Virus record (IMG/VR): IMGVR_UViG_3300017774_000929
Coordinates: 1-36,868 of that record
Reading direction: 5' to 3' (one strand)
Length of the DNA: 36,868 nucleotides
Source of the DNA: a virus
Lineage: Duplodnaviria > Caudoviricetes
How positions within the stretch are numbered: the first letter of the stretch is position 1; each line of letters opens with the position of its first letter. Of the stretch, positions 34,801 through 36,868 are shown piece after piece. The notes under the pieces are model-generated. The model made no database searches, was not told where the DNA came from, and worked only from the letters and a program-made list of their open reading frames with translations. The position numbers and the translations under genes were made by a program.

Positions 34801-34829
34801 ACAATACGGAGGGTTTTAGACATAGTCAA
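34801..34829 (-). promoter_or_regulatory. Sigma70-type promoter
   Basis: On -: TTGACT (34829-34824), 17-nt spacer, TATTGT (34806-34801), then AAGGAG RBS. Confidence 0.72.
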
Positions 34830-36376
34830 CTGTCTATTTCATTGCGGTAGAGGTCAACCAGTTTGGTGTGGTTGGACACCTTGCTGCGCAGCATGCTGTA
34901 GATTTTGGTCTCCACCTCGCTGCCGGTGATATGCACAACCGTCATGGGGTTGCGCTGCCCGGGCCTGTCGTTGCGGGCGTTGGCTTGTAGGTAGGTTTCC
35001 ACGCTGGTCACTGGCGCATACCAGATGATGGTGTCCGCTGCCGTCAGGGTTAGACCGTGCGCCGCCGCTTGCGGCTGGATGATGAGGACACGGGGGTCCG
35101 GTGTTTCCTGAAAGGCCTTCACCGCTTCGCTGCGCTTGTTCAGCGACACGCTGCCGCTAAGCACTGCGTTGGTGATCTTATGTTTGTCCAGAGTTTTCTG
35201 TAGCAGTTCTATGGTGTGGGTAAACGGCACGAAGATAAGCACCTTGTTGGATGCTTCTTCGATTACCTCCAGCACCACGTTGATGCGGTTGCTGACGTCG
35301 AACTCAATCACGCCGCTGGTGTCGTCATACACAGACCCGCAGGATATCTGCAGCAGCTTGTTCAGCTTCACCGCCGCGTTTACTGCCGTGATGGTCTCGC
35401 CAGCAGCGCTTACCCGCATCGAGGTGCGCAGGGCTTCGTAGTATTTTTTCTGTTGTGCAGTAAGCGGCACGTGGCGGTCGACGTGCATGACCTCTGGCAG
35501 GTCCAGACAGTCCTTCTTCTCGAACCGGATGGCTGGCTGCAGGGCTTGGTGCACGATCTCCTTGGAGTCCGGTCGCGGTGCCCACGTGAACTGCGACAGC
35601 TTGTACATGACCTTGTCGCGGAACTGGCCGAAGTACATCGACGCCATGCTCGGGTTGACCAGCTTGGCTAGGCCGAACGCATCTACAGGAGACTGCGCAG
35701 CCGGTGTGCCCGTCAGCAGCCAGAGCCACGGTGAGCTAGCCGACACCGCCTTGAACATCTTCCACCTGCGGGTCATGGGGTTCTTCAAGGCGGTAGCCTC
35801 GTCAGCAACGACAAGGTCAAAGCCCCCGTCCATGATCTCCTGCTTGACCACCTCCAGCCCGTCATAGTTGATGATAACGAACTCGGCTCCGCTCTTGATG
35901 ACCTTGGACCGGGCTGTCGCCGACCCGTGCGCCACTGCACAACTACGGTGCATGGCAAACTTGAACAGGTCTTCCTGCCATGCGGACTTCATGATCGACA
36001 GCGGGCAGACCACCAGCACGCGCTTCACCTTGCCCATCTTCATGAGATAGTCGGCAGCCCAGATGACAGAGGCGGTCTTTCCCGTGCCCGCTTGGCTAAG
36101 GCACAGGGCCTTCTGGTTCAGCGTCAGAAAGTTTGCAGTTTCCTTCTGGTGCGAAAATGGCTTGAGCTTGCCAGTCCACTTATAGTCCCGCGACATGGGC
36201 GACGGGGCCGGGAACTTCAGGCTGGTCAGGGCTTGGGCTTCAGTAAGGCCCCAGTGGACAGCGACTTCGTAGTCGTCCTTGTCCCGGTTTATGACCTTGC
36301 TCTTGGGTATAACCTCAGTAATGAGGTGCGGCTGCTTGGTCGATACGACCAAGACCTTGTTCTCTACGATCTGCAT
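34826..36376 (-). CDS. SNF2-family (SF2) helicase/ATPase, 516 aa
   Basis: PFSHQ, AGTGKT, LVVCPLS, IINYDG, VVADEAT, LTGTP, KLLQISCG, AAHGLTLTAA, YLQANARNDRPGQ. Confidence 0.92.
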   Translation of the reverse strand: MQIVENKVLVVSTKQPHLITEVIPKSKVINRDKDDYEVAVHWGLTEAQALTSLKFPAPSPMSRDYKWTGKLKPFSHQKETANFLTLNQKALCLSQAGTGKTASVIWAADYLMKMGKVKRVLVVCPLSIMKSAWQEDLFKFAMHRSCAVAHGSATARSKVIKSGAEFVIINYDGLEVVKQEIMDGGFDLVVADEATALKNPMTRRWKMFKAVSASSPWLWLLTGTPAAQSPVDAFGLAKLVNPSMASMYFGQFRDKVMYKLSQFTWAPRPDSKEIVHQALQPAIRFEKKDCLDLPEVMHVDRHVPLTAQQKKYYEALRTSMRVSAAGETITAVNAAVKLNKLLQISCGSVYDDTSGVIEFDVSNRINVVLEVIEEASNKVLIFVPFTHTIELLQKTLDKHKITNAVLSGSVSLNKRSEAVKAFQETPDPRVLIIQPQAAAHGLTLTAADTIIWYAPVTSVETYLQANARNDRPGQRNPMTVVHITGSEVETKIYSMLRSKVSNHTKLVDLYRNEIDS

Positions 36377-36423
36377 ATGCTCGCGTTTCTATATTGAAAC
36401 TTAACCCGACAGCCCGGGTACGC

Positions 36424-36690
36424 TTATTTTCTGGAGTGGTCCTTGTTGCGCTTGAAGGACCGGTTGGCCGCAGCGGGCACAGCCTTGAGGTTGCCCTTGT
36501 TGTTGGTCCCGCCACGCGACAGTTCTACCACATGGTCAACGTCCTTGCCGTCACCTTTTTTGACTTTGCCAGCCTTTTCCATGGTGCGGCGGGCCGCGTT
36601 ACGCAGGGCGCGTTTCTTTTTCACGTCGGGGCGACCGTCGTATTGCTGCTCGCCCTTGTAGTCGCGGTCGTTCTTGTCCTTGTAGGGCAC
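36424..36690 (-). CDS. Small HNH endonuclease-like protein, 88 aa
   Basis: GDGKDVDH..LSRGGTN..NL....ANRS; GAGG RBS. Confidence 0.8.
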   Translation of the reverse strand: MPYKDKNDRDYKGEQQYDGRPDVKKKRALRNAARRTMEKAGKVKKGDGKDVDHVVELSRGGTNNKGNLKAVPAAANRSFKRNKDHSRK

Positions 36691-36691
36691 C

Positions 36692-36868
36692 TTAGTACCT
36701 CTCTTTGTAGTGAGGGCAGCTGGTCACGGGACACCACCCGCACAGCGGACCCGAGATAGGGTTCCATACACCACTTTGGTGTGCCGTTTCCAGCGCGTCG
36801 AGGTCTTTGTCAAACACACTCAGGTAGCTGTCCCGCAGGTCGGCAGTGTGGTTCTTGCTGATAAAGTC
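36692..36868 (-). CDS. Partial (C-terminus) Cas4-like PD-(D/E)XK exonuclease
   Basis: Not in track. Reads DFISKNHTADLRDSYLSVFDKDLDALETAHQSGVWNPISGPLCGWCPVTSCPHYKERY*; P...LCxWCP...C is the C-terminal Cys triad of this family. Confidence 0.7.
   Translation of the reverse strand, partial: DFISKNHTADLRDSYLSVFDKDLDALETAHQSGVWNPISGPLCGWCPVTSCPHYKERY

Larger units (their letters stand above)
1..36868. mobile_element. Tailed dsDNA bacteriophage genome segment (podovirus-like); virion arm on +, replication arm on -
   Basis: Capsid, lysis, adaptor, fibre, nozzle and ejection genes on + converge at ~29410-29500 with primase-helicase, SNF2, HNH and exonuclease genes on -. No host housekeeping genes, integrase or att site seen. 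Confidence 0.96.

Noticed and set aside
36692-36868. Cas4-like fragment as evidence of a CRISPR-Cas system
   Set aside because: Stand-alone Cas4-like exonucleases are routine in phage replication modules; no array or other cas genes are seen.
1-36868. tRNA, rRNA, introns, inteins, integrase, portal and terminase
   Set aside because: None recognised. Intergenic gaps are short and lack cloverleaf signatures; portal and terminase presumably lie outside the window. Lifestyle (lytic or temperate) cannot be determined here.

Overview
The window is an internal ~37 kb segment of a GC-rich tailed dsDNA phage genome with podovirus-like organisation: no tape-measure, tube or sheath gene, but adaptor, nozzle and three or four large ejected proteins. 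The host is probably Gram-negative (Rz/Rz1 spanins, TIGR02594-type lysin). The + strand (1-29406) is the virion arm: capsid-associated protein, Mu gpT-like major capsid protein, holin/endolysin, a structured intergenic RNA, a GT2-like glycosyltransferase, small Lys-rich proteins, an EndoVII-type nuclease, adaptors, spanins, a 1671-aa repeat-built tail fibre, nozzle, and the ejection module ending in a 2098-aa HExxH polyvalent protein. The - strand (29501-36868) is the replication arm: primase-helicase, HTH, probable SSB/annealing protein, SNF2 helicase, HNH, and a partial Cas4-like exonuclease. Best candidates for undescribed biology: (1) a half-size DDxxD isoprenoid-synthase-like protein coupled to an MSGGG-starting ejection protein, suggesting a prenylation system; (2) a recurring [MYF]-x-x-G-G-x-V motif in three unrelated internal proteins, a possible processing or packaging signal; (3) two tandem small genes with an identical 12-aa leader segment and divergent Gly/Ser/Cys/Tyr cores; (4) a double-pseudoknot RNA abutting an RBS; (5) a 59-aa C-terminal module shared by the fibre and a 125-aa tail protein. 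All family assignments come from motif recognition and gene context by eye; no database search was run.
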